Positions 22,726-35,588 of a stretch of DNA of 64,000 bases are shown here, piece after piece. Location of the stretch: NCBI GenBank assembly GCA_001662655.1, contig KV460252.1; one strand, 5' to 3'. The stretch's first letter is position 1, and every line of letters begins with the position of its first letter. The notes under the pieces were generated by a model. That model made no database searches. It saw only the letters and a program-made list of their open reading frames with translations, and had not been told where the DNA came from. Origin of the DNA: Pseudogymnoascus verrucosus (Eukaryota). Made by a program: the position numbers and the translations under genes.

Positions 22726-25700
22726 ATGGAGCCAGGTCATCTCTGGACGTATAACCGCGAGTCTAACGTGAAGAAGTTCGAGTTCCCACCGGTCCTCCCA
22801 CCCCGGCCCAGCTACAATTCCGACCCCGGAACAAAGAGTGTCACCCTCAGAGTGAACCAGTTCCGAATTTCTGAGTGGTCAGACAAGTCGGTCTGGCAAT
22901 ACGATGTACGTTAACCTCACTCCCAACTGAATCTATTCATATTAACCCCATGCCAGGTGAAGATTGGATCTGGAGCCGAAAACCGCGGTCTCCTCAAGGT
23001 TGTTTGGAACAGCAAACCCGTTCAGGAATTCTTGGCCGGCCATGCGAAATACTGGCTTTGGGATGGGAACAAAATCGCATGGTGCGACAAGCCAACCAAG
23101 AAGATGAACTTTGAGAAGAAGATCACGGTCAACCTGGATGAGCTCAAGGGCAGACAGCCTCGAGTCATCAACGGCGTCCCCAAGCCGGACATAACATTTG
23201 TCACCATCAAGTGCACCACGGAAATCCCAATGGGAGTCATTCGAGCCTACTTGTTCAAGGGAATGGATTTCGACAACACCGTCCTCATGGCAATCAATTT
23301 CTTGGACCACTGCCTTCGCCAATGGCCATCGGAGAACTTCATCCAAGTCAAGCGCTCTTTCTTTCCGAGAGGCACTCAGAGACAGGTTCTTCATGGCCTG
23401 GCCACACTCATCGAGGCACAAAAGGGTGTTTATTCGTCCATCCGCCTTTGCGAATCTCCCAGTACTCCGGGTGCCCTGAGCACAGGTCTTGGTGTCAATG
23501 TTGACGTCGCCAATGGAACATTTTGGGTACCCCAACTTCTCAGTCAAGCAGCTCGCAACTTGACTTACGAGAGAAACTCTGGCTTGAACTGGGATGTGTT
23601 CTCAGAGAGTCTGAGACCTGTCCCAGTGAACGGCAAAAAGACCAGTTCTGGTGCTCAGTACCACATCATGTCGAGGGAATTCAAGGAGCTTCGCAAGCTT
23701 CACAAACTTCGATTCCACGTCAAGCACCGCGGAAAGGAGCAAAATGAGCGAGTCTATCAGGTCAAGAACTTTGTCTTCTCCCCAGATCAGTACGGTTCAT
23801 GGGGTGGCCATGCCAAAGCAGTCACCTTTGAGAAGAAGGACCCTCAGAATCCTAACGCCACCGCAAAGGAGATAACCATCTACGACTACTTTGAGAGGAC
23901 ATACAATGTTACTCTCCAATACTGGAAGCTGCCATTGGTGCAGACAGTCAAGGGTGGAATCTTCCCAATGGAACTCTGTACCATTGCACCAGATCAGCGC
24001 TACATGTTCAAGTTGGATCCCAAACAGACTGCGGATATGATCAACTTCGCAGTCGTTCCACCGAACCAGCGCCTGGAATCCATTAGAAAGGGGGTTGACT
24101 TGCTGAGCTGGGGCAAAGATCCATACCTCAACCACTACGGCATCAAGATCGAGAGCACTCCGACTATCACGACGGCAAAGCAACTGCAGCCCCCGGATAT
24201 CCACTTCGGAAAAACCTCACAGAAAACAATTGTGAAGCCAGGCTTTGCTGGGTTTTGGACCCTCGATAGAAGCCAGCTGCTGTTGGTTCCACCGAAGCCC
24301 TTGAAGAATTGGGGCGTATTCATGGCTGCGGATAGAAATGGAAGACCAATTGTCACCGAGCCAAGATGGGACGAGTTCATTGCCACTTTCAAGCAGCAGT
24401 ACATTGCCCTCGGCCACAAGGGTGCCATTCCGGACCCAAGGAAGTTCTTGTTCAACAGTGACAATATCGAGTCACAGATTGACAGACTGCTGGCGCCGCT
24501 TGCTTCCACCCCAGAGAACATTCCTCAGATTTTGTTGTTCATTGTCCCAGATAAGAACTCTTGGACTTATGACAGGATCAAGAAGCACATGGATTGCAAA
24601 TATGCTCTCGTGTCGCAGGTCATGGTGAAGGGACACATCGAGAAGAACAACCCGAAGTATTGCAAGAACGTCATCATGAAGCTCAATGCCAAGCTCGGTG
24701 GCACGACTAGCAAGGCCTGCAAATCCAATGCGAAGGAGCCTACGTTCTTCAATACGCCTGGTCAGACCGCAAAGAACCTTGTGATGATGATTGGCGCCGA
24801 TGTGAGCCACCCTGCCCCTGGCTCGGAGCAGCCGTCTTTTGCAGCTGTCACCATGTCTCTTGATAGCGACTGCTGCAGATATGCGGCAGCATGCGAAGTC
24901 AATGGCTTCAATAAGGAGATGATCCAAAAGCATGTCTGGGACAAGAAGGTCAAGGCAATGGTCAACTGGTGGCTGGAGACTGTCGGAACTGTCAACGGCC
25001 AAAAGAAGGTTCCATCCCACATCTACTATATGCGCGACGGTGTTTCCGAAGGTCAGTACTTACAAGTGCTCAACGATGAAGTCAAATGGCTCAAAGACAT
25101 GTTGGAAACCGTGAACCCACAGTTCAATCAGACTAAGTTTGCTGTGGTTATTGCATCGAAGCGCCACCACATCCGTTTCTTGCCACGAACTGAAGACCAA
25201 TGCAAAGACAAAGACTTCAATCCTTTGCCAGGAGTTCTGGTTGAGCACGACATCACTCATCCATTCCAGTACGATTTCTACCTCAATGCCCACAAGGCAA
25301 TCAAGGGAACTGCTAGACCAGTTCATTACCACGTCATTCTCGACGAGGTCAAGCACAAGCCCGGCCAGCTTCAGGAGATGATCTACGCACACTCATACCA
25401 GTATATGAGATCCACGACGCCCGTTTCCATTCACCCAGCTGTGTATTACGCACACTTGGCATCCAACAGAGCCCGTTCTCACGAGAACGTTCCAATCGTT
25501 GACGAGCCTCGTGGTGGTCAAAAGGCTATGGAGAGAAGACAGGCAGCCAAGCTTGAGAGCGATTTGAGACTGGAGAACGCGTCTGAGGGTGGATTGACCG
25601 CCAAGCGCTCGTCTGGCAAGTCGCCATCGACTCAATACCAGATGGTGGAGAATGAGGTGATTGGGAAGTTCTGGAGAGAGCAACCGCAGCCGGTGAGATT

Positions 25701-25746
25701 TAAGGCGCTGACCCAGGCGTTCTTGTACGGCATGTGGTACATCTAG
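22726..25746 (+). CDS. ago1: Argonaute (N-PAZ-MID-PIWI) with intact DEDH tetrad; probably SMS-2/S. pombe Ago1-like clade
   Basis: N-domain VNQF..WQYDV; PAZ (TIYDYFERTYNVTLQYWKLPLV..FPMELC); MID (RIKK..VSQV..MKLNAKLGG); PIWI GADVSH, KEMI, YMRDGVSEGQ, KRHHIRF, GTARPVHY, RSTTPVSIHPAVYYAHLA; C-terminal MWYI. Intron about 22906-22956. Clade call is from recalled C-terminal signatures. Confidence 0.96.
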
Positions 25747-26630
25747 GCCCTCGGGCTTACTGGTCAGCTTCGCTGGCATATTATATTTTCACTTCTAGCT
25801 CCATTGTTGGCCATGGACTTTTCGATGGCAGGCATTGGAGCCGCAGCTCTTGGATCACACTCGCTTTGGCCCTTTTTGCCAGAGTGAGTGCCACCTGCTT
25901 GCTTATTACGGACAATTTCTTTCCTTGGGCGCGGTTATCAATTGTACGGGGACAACACTAGAACTTCTTTCGGCCAGCTACAGGAGTAACTCTCGCCTTG
26001 GTGGTGGAGTTTATGGTGTTCAATAGATAGGTCGGATATCTGCCTTCCTTCCCCATGCGCTGGCTTTCATCCATTGTTTTGCTTTTGAGATTGGGGCAGA
26101 CAGGTCCATACAATCAATAAAATTATCTAAAACTTGACAACAGTGATTGTGACCTTGCTTGATATTTGTATGTGACTACGGATTGCAAAGTGTCAATTGT
26201 TCAGTTTGCATCAAAGGCTTGTTCATAAATCACACGGTTCCGTGTGCATGTGGACGAGTGGAGATGTAATATGCATGGATTAGGTATTTACTGGGCCTCA
26301 TGGTTTGGAAAAGCTTGTACGAAACTTGGCGGCCATAAAGTGATCATACGGACTAGGTCATCGACTGTGAAGGTATGAAGGGTGTGGCCCCGAATCTAAT
26401 GCACTGGGGTTTGTGTTGACCACGATATGTATTTACAGGAGACCTGCACTGAACGAAGGCAGGTCATAAACTTCTTGGCTGCATAGAGGAACGTTGATCA
26501 GATCATAAAAGTAAGGGTACTGTAAAACTTCACTGATATTATTGAAAATTGTAAATATAGCAATTAGCGTGGCTCGTTTCATTTCAATTTACGTGTCGTA
26601 GAGAATCATTCCATCGTAACCATAATAAAA

Positions 26631-28058
26631 TCAAGCCTGTGTAGCCTTGGCCTCGGCCTCGGCCTCGGCCTTGAGACCATTATCGATATACTTATGGCAC
26701 TCCTCTGGATCTTTGTATACATGCCACACGCTCTTTGGGACGTCTTTGAATGCCTTCTCGAATCGAGACGCGTCATTCTTCTCTTCAAGTCCTACTTCGG
26801 CGATGTTTTCGACGCGGCGGATAAGAATCAGCTTTACCCAGCCGGGGTATTTGCGATATCTGAGCAAAGTATTAGCAAGCAAGGCAACGGGGACGGGGGG
26901 TGGTTGACTTGCATTTCGCCGTAGGCTTCAGGGTCAGACTGGGTGGAATCGCCGATGCAAATCATCTTGCGGCGCGGCAGCCATGAGTGGATCTTTTCCA
27001 TACGATCAACCTTGTATTCCTGGGTAGCCTGCGTCAAACTCGTGAGCAGACCTGCGAGATTCCTCCAGCTGGCATCGCGGAGAATAAGAGTGCCTTGAGG
27101 GTAGAATTCCTGGATGAACTCGTGGAGGAAGGCGTATAAGTTGTAGGGCGAAGCGGAGAGATAAAACCAGGGCGCGGATTTGGTTAGGACGGTTTGGATA
27201 TATGAATATAACAAAGGCATTCCTGGGACAGGAGCTGCGTCGGCGGCAAATGTGCTTCGGAGAATACCGATCGGGTCGCCAGTTTGGGTGACTTTGATAG
27301 TATCATCAACATCTGAAAGATTCAGTTAGTAGGCGCAAGGTTCACCATGGGTTTCGCAACATACCTGATATGACACTCCATCCGTCAGGCTCTGCGTACA
27401 CGGTTTTCATCTCCAGTATTCCATTTGTACCTTTGGGAACCATGGCAACACTAGTCACCACATCTCCATCCTTGTGTCGCGGGAGCTGTCGTATGTCGCT
27501 GCTGATGCCGTTCCGGCCGCCAGGGCCGAATTTGAGCTGTGTGCGACGCCCAAAATCCACATCCACCACACGCCCTGGTAAGACAGATTGCATGAATGGC
27601 ATCAGGCGGTCCTTGATCCTTTCCTCTGCCTCGTCGCCATGTCCGAGTCCCAGCTTCTCCGCAATATCAGCCACTACCAGACTCACTTTGACGCCTGTCT
27701 CCTTGTCGAAAACGGCAGCGATCACCTCCGCCTCCCAGTTGTTTGTGGTCGGGTTTCGATATGCGGTGTTATCAAACAACCATACGGTATCGTTTGAGGT
27801 GATTGGGTGGGGGCGAGGGTTCCATGCCCCGAGGAATGAGAGGATGTTTGTGGTTATCGAAGGGCGGTCGTCTGGGGCGGGGCTGTTTCTGACGTTGGGA
27901 AGCTTTGCCTCTGTCTCCTCGAAATTGCGCGCCTTTCGTGTGCGGTGCTCCAGGTCTGATTCGTGTCGGGCTGGAGCTGAAGGTGTGGGCTTGGGATCGA
28001 GTTTCGATTCGAGTTTCGATTCGAGGGCCGTGGCGGCTTTTCGGATGAAGCGCGACAT
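26631..28058 (-). CDS. App1-type (DUF2183) phosphatidate phosphatase, HAD-like, 3 exons
   Basis: VWLFDNTAYR, a spliced WSVISDVDDTIK DxDxT motif, FYLSASPYNLY, and ICIGDSTQSDPEAYGEMYRKYPGWV. Confidence 0.88.
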
Positions 28059-29193
28059 GATTCTTCTTTCTATGCCTGGCCGGCGAGCAGAGCTGGGCTC
28101 ACGGGATTCTGGTATCTTTCTGGGTCGCTGAAATCGCTGCAAGTTTTACAGTGGAGCGCAAACAGTGGTATCGATCGCATGTGAACGGGCTGAGCGCGAG
28201 AGCTATACTTCTGACAGTCTGGGAACGAGAGAGAGTCTATAGCGAGCAAGAGCGAAAGGGACGACAGGACGAGAGAAAGAGCAAGGGAAGGAGAGAGGAA
28301 GAGACGATTATAAGGATGTTGGCTGGGATGGGCAGCCAAGGCGGCGGGGGGAGCAAGGCATCGCCATGCGCGTCGATGTAATCGCACGCGCCTTTGGGAT
28401 GCTTCCCCATTTAGCTGGGCGCGACGTCCATCACAGCCATTTTCCAGGGCCATGAGAGGCTGAGCATCCACCCCTTTCAGCCCATCCGGCCCCGCGATCG
28501 TCGCCGCCATCGAGAGAGATAGGCAGTACAGTCAGCGCATACACATGCAAGGTACCTCGCCCAAGCAGTAAAATAACAGGTTGCTGGAAGTACCTGACAT
28601 GACCAGTAGACTCCAGGAGCCACCACAGCTGATACAAAACGTATTGAGGCGGACAACCACCAACGGATCAAAAGTTGGTGCACGAGTACACTTGTCCAAG
28701 GCTCCTTCCTTTCTGTCGCTCAGGCTGTCGAGATCACGGGTTGTCGCGAAGGTTGGTGGTGGTTGGTGACTCGGCCCGTGTTCTAGCTCGCCGTCATCTG
28801 ATCAGAGCTAATGACCCTAGGGGCTCTTGGAACTTTCTTTGGATCCCTTGGAACGTTTTTGGACGGTTTTCAGTGTGGATAATGATGAAGGCGACAATTT
28901 GAGAACTCGACGGCTCTTTGCGACCAGGCTGCCATTCTGTACATCTGTGGTTATTGTCTCGTTGGTGAGTAAGACAGCTACAGGAAGGGATTCTGAAGGG
29001 CGAAGATCTACTACTGTTCAGACCAACGGTTCAGATCCAGGGTCCGCGACAAACAGAATGGATCGAGCTGCTGCATACGTTATCATTACTATACAGTAGC
29101 TGCGATCCCTTCAAATTCTCATTCTATCGCAAGAATTACTTCACTACACATGGTCACACTGCACATGCCCTCCGTTCATAGTTCTCTACTCTC

Positions 29194-29759
29194 CTACCAC
29201 CCCTTCACCGCGTCTGCTGCTTCCAAAGCAACCATAAAGTCCGTCAATATCCCCCGACCCCACCCCCAATCCTCATCTGCGCCGTGCCTAGGCCACAGTA
29301 TCGAGAATTTCCAACTCCTTGGAGTAAAGGATCATCACATATGGGCAAGCAAGTGCCACCGGAGCTCCAAAGTGCGTGCCGGCCTTTATGCACATTGAAG
29401 TTGTCGTAAATGGCAATCGCGTGTTCTTCGGTGCGGAGCTCCACGCTGGAGAGGCATGGAATGGTGTGAATGGCAGGCACCTGGTTTCTGCTGTGACCGA
29501 TGCTTTCCTTCGTATCTCGGGCGGCGAACTTGACGTGTTGTTAGAAGAGCATATCGATACCATGCTGGTAACTGGCCTATCTTTTCTGCCCCTTGTAGAG
29601 AATGATCCGAGGGTGCATGCTCTTCAAGGAGGCCATTAATTCTGGGTCCTGGTCTGCAAATCTCACTAAGTGTGGCCATGTTGGCATATGAGCTCTGAGC
29701 GACTGATAGGAAGACGGTGGAATGGCCTGCCCTAGAGGAGTTTGTATTTTCGGGGACAT
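29194..29759 (-). pseudogene. Internally deleted, frameshifted cystathionine gamma-synthase-like (Cys/Met PLP family) pseudogene
   Basis: N-terminal remnant MSPKIQTPLGQAIPP..HMPTW..LKSMHPRIIL. C-terminal remnants in shifting frames: CLSSVELRTEEHAIAIYDNFNVHKG / HFGAPVALACPYVMILYSKEL / QMRIG / FMVALEAADAVK. The central PLP-binding core is absent. Confidence 0.7.
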
Positions 29760-31520
29760 ATTGAGATTTCTAGATATAGTTTCGGTTCGATTCGTTTGCT
29801 CACATTGCGCACATTTCTGAGGTTTTATTAAAGAGCTGGCAAGATTAGGAGGCTCTGAGCAAACATATACGCATTGTTCAGCTCTTGGTATCAGAGGTAG
29901 TCAATCTTGGTACTTTTTGAAGATATACACTCCCACTAAGACTGAAAACTGCAAGTGAAACCTTCGTGTCTCGTCCACAACACATACATCACACAATGCA
30001 AGGCCATTTTTCATAGGCCCTATTGGAACACAGCCTTTGAAATACGAGCGCAGGTCTTTCGGAAAGTTTATAACTCTTAGTAGAAAGTTGTAGATAGCAC
30101 CATGACACTCCCCACCGGCGGTCATGTTTGATACGTCTCTTAGACGCTGCCTTTTTGTAGGATGATTGGGTGGAATTTTATTCCCATCAGTATATTCATT
30201 CACTGGAAGAAAGCGGCGATAGATCCCATGAGTAACTTCTTGGGAACTGTGGGGGTATGGACGAGAAAATGAATGGAGGGCTGTAGGAAGCCAGACAAAC
30301 TGGACAATGCTCCACGTGTGACGAAAAGAACGCGGAGCACAAAAAACACAAACATGCAGCCTCTAGAAACACAAAGGAAGCTCCGGCTATTATCAAATCC
30401 CTCTAGGTATGGGGCCCACAGCGTGCAGATACGAGTATCTAAAGATATTGGTAAAGAGGAAGAGCCCAATCAATATGAGAGAGAGTATGTTGTTGAACTT
30501 GGGAGGGAGCGTGCCATTCCACGGCAGATACAAAAGGTCGGTAAAATGATTTTCCGATAGCGGGGTTAAAGGAGCAGGGGTTTATGGGTGTGGGTTACCG
30601 ACCACCTTGAGGGATCAAAACAAACAATACTCCGAACATACGCTTACCACACTTTGGGATCATTCGCCAATAATGAAGCCAGCCTCGGGCGTTACTTTAT
30701 GATGCGGAGGATTAGAGATCCTAGTATAGTATACCTATAGCATTAGGTAGCTATTTATTTCTAACGGTATGACAAAGATAACTTCCGAGACTCCGCGGAC
30801 GTGCATCCCAAAGGGGCAGCTGTCGAAACAGTGCCAAGGAAGATATTCAGGCGGTAGTACCGATATTAACACCGGCTGTTTGGTCGTTGCTTAAGCTTAT
30901 TCCTGGTTAAGATTACCTTTGCTTCACAAATGCAAGTGCTCCATCGGAAAAGAAAGCCCCGGAGAACCTGTTTTGCCGGATGGACTGGTCACTGTCGCTG
31001 GCCGAATGCCGAATGCTAGAGCCAAGTGTGGCAAGTAGTCAACGCTTACTTCTCGTTTCACTTTGGCTAAGAACTGACTTTACGTAGCGTCTTGGGACAC
31101 AGCTGGCTTCGGTGATCCTACGCTCATCACCGTTGACATGTCGATCATTCCACCCATTTGAACTTTCCACAGTACCCACGTGCACCCCATACTCTTGGAC
31201 GAAACAAGGTTATGGCGGGGAACGGCTTGGGCTATTCTTCACTAGGGGCAACTTGAATTAGGATTCAATGCGTTTCTTATGCCACCCGGACGGCATTTGT
31301 AGGTGCTGGGGTTAATATAGCTGCCGAAGAAGGGCCGTTTTAATCATCAGGCCGCATATGGCAGTTCAATTCAAAGGATCGTTGTTTCATCAGACTCCTC
31401 GGCATGTCACCTGAACCTACTAATCTACATATTTATGTGTATATATAGCTAAGTGGAACTCTCTTCGTCCGGTTTCTTTTTTGAAGTCATCCCCGATTCT
31501 TTGCTCAATTGGAGACCAAA

Positions 31521-32903
31521 ATGCACTTCAAAGCCCTTGCCGTTCTGTCCTATGGCGCGTTGGTCGCCGCGTGGTTCCCTGGAGAAGACAGAGGCATCAT
31601 CTCCTCGGATGGTGTCGATCTCTTCAACCGCTCTTCATCCGATGTAAGCGGCAAGCGCTGGCTTCCCGCGGGGAAAATACGTGGTGTGAACGTAGGATCT
31701 CTATTCGTAGTTGAGCCTTGGATGATGTCAAATACGTGGGCCAAAATGGGATGCGGCGGGGTAAAGTCTGAGTTCGACTGTGTCCTGAAGCTTGGGCAGG
31801 CAGCCGCAAACACTGCTTTCAAGGGCCATTGGGACACCTGGGTTACCCAGGCCGACCTTCAGGAAATGATCAGCTACGGAATCAACACAATCAGAATCCC
31901 CGTCGGCTACTGGATGAAGGAAGATCTAGTCTATGCTGACAGCGAGCACTTTCCTCAGGGTGGGCTCACTTACTTGACAAGACTCTGCGGCTGGGCGAGT
32001 GATCTGGGAATGTATATCATCATGGATTTACACGCCGCTCCTGGAGCACAGCAACCACACAACGCATTCACTGGACAGGTAAGTAACATTTGTTATCGAA
32101 TACAGTCGCAATTGATCTAATTGTATGCCAGGACGCGCCATCCGCCGGCTTTTACGTGGACTATCAGTTTGAGCGCGCACTCAAATTCCTCGAGTGGATG
32201 GCGAACCTCATTCATACCAACAACAACTACCGAAACGTCGGCATGTTGGAACTGGTTAACGAGCCCATTCAAAATTCTGGCAATGTTGGATCTATGAGAT
32301 CTACTTACTACCCAAACGCATTTTCGGTAAGTCATAAGGCTCGACATTTCCGGCTCCCTCCTAATTTATCACAGCGAATCCGTGCGGCTGAAAGAAAGCT
32401 TAACATCGGTGCCTACGACCTCCTTCACATTCAAATGATGAACCAGAAGTGGGGTTCAGGAGATCCAACTCAATACCTCTCCGATAATTGGTTTGCAGCA
32501 TACGATGACCACCGATATCTGAAATGGGCAAACATTGGCGACGTATCACAGAGCAACTATATATCCACGTCCTGTAGAGACGACCGTGGCGGCAACACAC
32601 CCACCATTGTTGGAGAGTGGAGCTTAAGCGTGCCTGATAATGTGGAGTGGACTTCGGGCTGGGATCCAAGAACCCAGCAAGATTTCTACAAGAAGTGGTT
32701 TGCGGCACAGATTATCTCGTATGAGAAACAACAGGGCTGGACATTTTGGTCGTGGAAGACGGAGCTTGGTGACTACCGATGGGATTACCAAGGTTAGTAC
32801 TTCCTGATATCATTGATGCCCAATACTAACTATCGTAGCCGCCGTCAAAGCAGGGGTTATTCCAAAGAATCTCGATTCGGTATATAATATGGGTGTGTGC
32901 TAG
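31521..32903 (+). CDS. exgB: Secreted GH5 glucanase, probably endo-beta-1,6-glucanase B type
   Basis: Signal peptide [53 protein letters not shown]; acid/base ELVNEP; nucleophile IVGEWS; FWSWKT. Introns about 32079-32131, 32327-32374 and 32793-32838. Confidence 0.88.
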
Positions 32904-33161
32904 GTATACCAAATTGACGTCCCGTCTATGGCTTGTATATAGTTCATCAATATATAAAGCAATAACCTAACCTGTGCGTCTTGCAACGAACTGCCCGAGA
33001 AAAACATCAACGTGAACTAGCTTACTAGACCTGAAGTCATCCACAACTGCTATGCTAGTGATGCTGAGATTCCTCAAATTTGGTGGCTACTGGTGATACA
33101 TAAGGCAGTGTTGCAGTGTTTAGGCTGTCCGCGCAGTATTAAATATTATTATTCATCTATG

Positions 33162-34421
33162 TTATGAGGGCTTGACTTGGGTGGCATGCTTAGTCGCATC
33201 ATCTCCGTGGAGAGATATATTAACCACCCCTCCCGATCCATTATTTACAGCACTCTCTTTCCGTGTTGTCGCTTCTTTTGCTTCTTTCGAAGCCGCAGTA
33301 GCGAGAGTGTCTCGCTGAGCTTCCAAATCTCGCACCGCCTCGTGCGCTAGCTTCGCCTTGTGTGTAATGTCCGAAACAAGATCCTTCAGTGTGTCTCCGA
33401 TATTGTGGTGGTGCAGTTCCGTTTGGCCGACTTGTGCCCTCACGTTTGCTATCGGGGTCTGCAGTCCTCTTGTCGTCACCTGCACCGCTTCCGGCTTGTG
33501 TCCGAGTCCACTCATGACCATATCCTTTGCTCTACCCGCAAGACCTGCCTCAAATTCCTTGAACTTTCCCTTCATGCCTTCAGATGCTTGATTTTTCAAT
33601 TCCGAACCGTGACCTGCAACATGTTGTTTCAACCCCTCGGAGTTTGGCTGGCCGGCAAATTCTGACTGGATGCTTTTAAGCTTCTCGCTCAGGCCACCAG
33701 TTTCAACCCGCGGAAGATTAAATGCTGAATCTTTGGTAGCGCCCTCGACTTGTTTCTTTGAAGAGCCAAAACCAGCAAATCGATCAGGAGTGCTTGCTTC
33801 CAGGTCATTCTTCACCTCCTCGTACATTTTCTCTATCATCCCAATGACTCCATAGACGTCGAGGTCACATCCAGGGCGGCTGAGGTCGCGCTCTCGTTGC
33901 TCAATAAATTCGCGAACCTGCTTCCATTCCGTGTGATAATATTTTAGTCGATTCGGGAGTCCGGATCCTTTGAGGAAAGTTAACACACCAGCGATCACTG
34001 TGTTGATGGCGCCGAAGGCGGTGATAGATGAATGATTGGCGCCAGCTGCGCCCAGTGCGGTCAGAGACGCTGCGACAATGACCTGCACGCCGAGACACCC
34101 GTTGATCAACCAAGAATAGTATTTGTGACCCTTCTTCGACTTCGCTTCATTTGCCACGACGCGTGTGTATATTCCAAGATTTGGTGCTGCTCGAGAATTA
34201 ACCATAGACGGATGGGTTGTAATGCCGGTGAGATGTCGGAAAAGAAATAACCGCTCGTCCGTCGCATAGTCATGTCGTCCGTCATAGCCAACATGATGGA
34301 CTTGGAGCTGCGGGTGGGCAGCGTTACCCGTGTACGATATGCCATTCTCCATGTCCGGCTGGGGAGACGTGCCTCCCCCGAGGTATTTATCCACCAGTCT
34401 CGTAATTATACTTTGACTCAT
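33162..34421 (-). CDS. Fungal SLATT (SMODS/SLOG-associating 2TM effector) domain protein with a long helical C-tail
   Basis: GIYTRVVANE..YSWLINGCLGVQVIVAASLTALGA..ITAFGAINTVIAGVLTFLKGSGLPNRLKYY..WKQVREFIEQRER is the SLATT_fungal pattern. Intronless, 419 aa. Confidence 0.82.
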   Translation of the reverse strand: MSQSIITRLVDKYLGGGTSPQPDMENGISYTGNAAHPQLQVHHVGYDGRHDYATDERLFLFRHLTGITTHPSMVNSRAAPNLGIYTRVVANEAKSKKGHKYYSWLINGCLGVQVIVAASLTALGAAGANHSSITAFGAINTVIAGVLTFLKGSGLPNRLKYYHTEWKQVREFIEQRERDLSRPGCDLDVYGVIGMIEKMYEEVKNDLEASTPDRFAGFGSSKKQVEGATKDSAFNLPRVETGGLSEKLKSIQSEFAGQPNSEGLKQHVAGHGSELKNQASEGMKGKFKEFEAGLAGRAKDMVMSGLGHKPEAVQVTTRGLQTPIANVRAQVGQTELHHHNIGDTLKDLVSDITHKAKLAHEAVRDLEAQRDTLATAASKEAKEATTRKESAVNNGSGGVVNISLHGDDATKHATQVKPS

Positions 34422-35588
34422 TCCTGCGAAGCTTTCGGCTGGTCAACTAACGAAAACGAAAGATAGACGTGAAGGAGCTTTGCAAAAAAAGGAGAGAAAA
34501 AAGGATCGAGATTAGAAGCCATCATTATGATATGCATGTGGCTCTAGGCCCGGCAATTGAGCAAGGGAGTGCTTTTTCTGGTTAGTGAGAATGGTTTATT
34601 GCCATCGGCACGAGGGCTCGTCCCGCCTGAGACAGCTGGAGCCAATTAATAATTGGTTATCTATTGAGTTATCATTTTTGTTTGCCGCTGACTGGCTGGA
34701 ACCGAAGATCGCACCCCGAAATGACTAGCCATGCAGGGTATTAACTTTGCGGCTGTACTCTAATACAGAACCACCTCTGGGGTTAACCGCCTAGGGCTCA
34801 ACATAGCTGCATGGCCACACGGATTGCTTCCAACTAGTACAAATAAATTGATTCTTTGGTCATACAGATAGCCTATAAATTGATAAAGTGCAGTCACACG
34901 GTTCAGTCACCTGGTTCATCGTTGAGACCACGAATCGTGGTCCACGAATCTGGCTATATCTGGCGAATCGCTGTCAAAACTTTGTCTCAGAAGTGAGACC
35001 CCCTACAAAATGATTACCGACGAAAGCTAAGACCCTTAGGGGCAGGATGCGCGCTGCACTAAATGGAGGGTACCAACTATGACAGTATAAGCGATGGCGG
35101 GGACGATCCTAATGAACCTTGGCGGTGATCATACTAAAAAGAGAACTTCAGCTTTGTTGATGCAGAAGCTGCAAGGCGGGATTCGAATGGTATCCACGCT
35201 ACGAGATTACTCAGGACAAATAAGGAGAGACATCCGGTCCAGGAGTTACATCGCTCTATTTCGAAAAGTTGAATGGGCTCGGTCGTGGTGTCTGAGTTGC
35301 TACATGCAGTGTCGAAGCGGGTAAGCCCGCCAAGGGGCCTTCCCGGGAGTTCGAGCCACCGTCGTCAAGCTTCTATTTGTGAACGCGCATTTTTATTTGT
35401 ATAGAAAACAAGAGAAGAGAAGACATTGTAGTATCACATTCGTAGGGATTATCATACCGCTACCCTGTCTATATACGGCGTATTTGGATATATATCATGT
35501 TTCCCCTTTAATAAATACACTTTTAATCTATTCCTGTTTATCGGGGCACTTCATTATTCAAACCATTATCAACCCAATCCTCCCCCAT

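Noticed and set aside
29901..30560. Cluster of 66-100 aa ORFs between the pseudogene and the GH5 gene
   Set aside because: No recognisable motifs or consistent splice structure. It may be decayed sequence but cannot be supported without BLASTx.
35281..35370. tRNA-like look: TGTCTGAGTTG (A-box-like), GCGGG-TAAG-CCCGC hairpin, GTTCGAGCC (B-box-like)
   Set aside because: I could not build acceptor, T or anticodon stems. tRNAscan-SE would settle it; at best a decayed relic.
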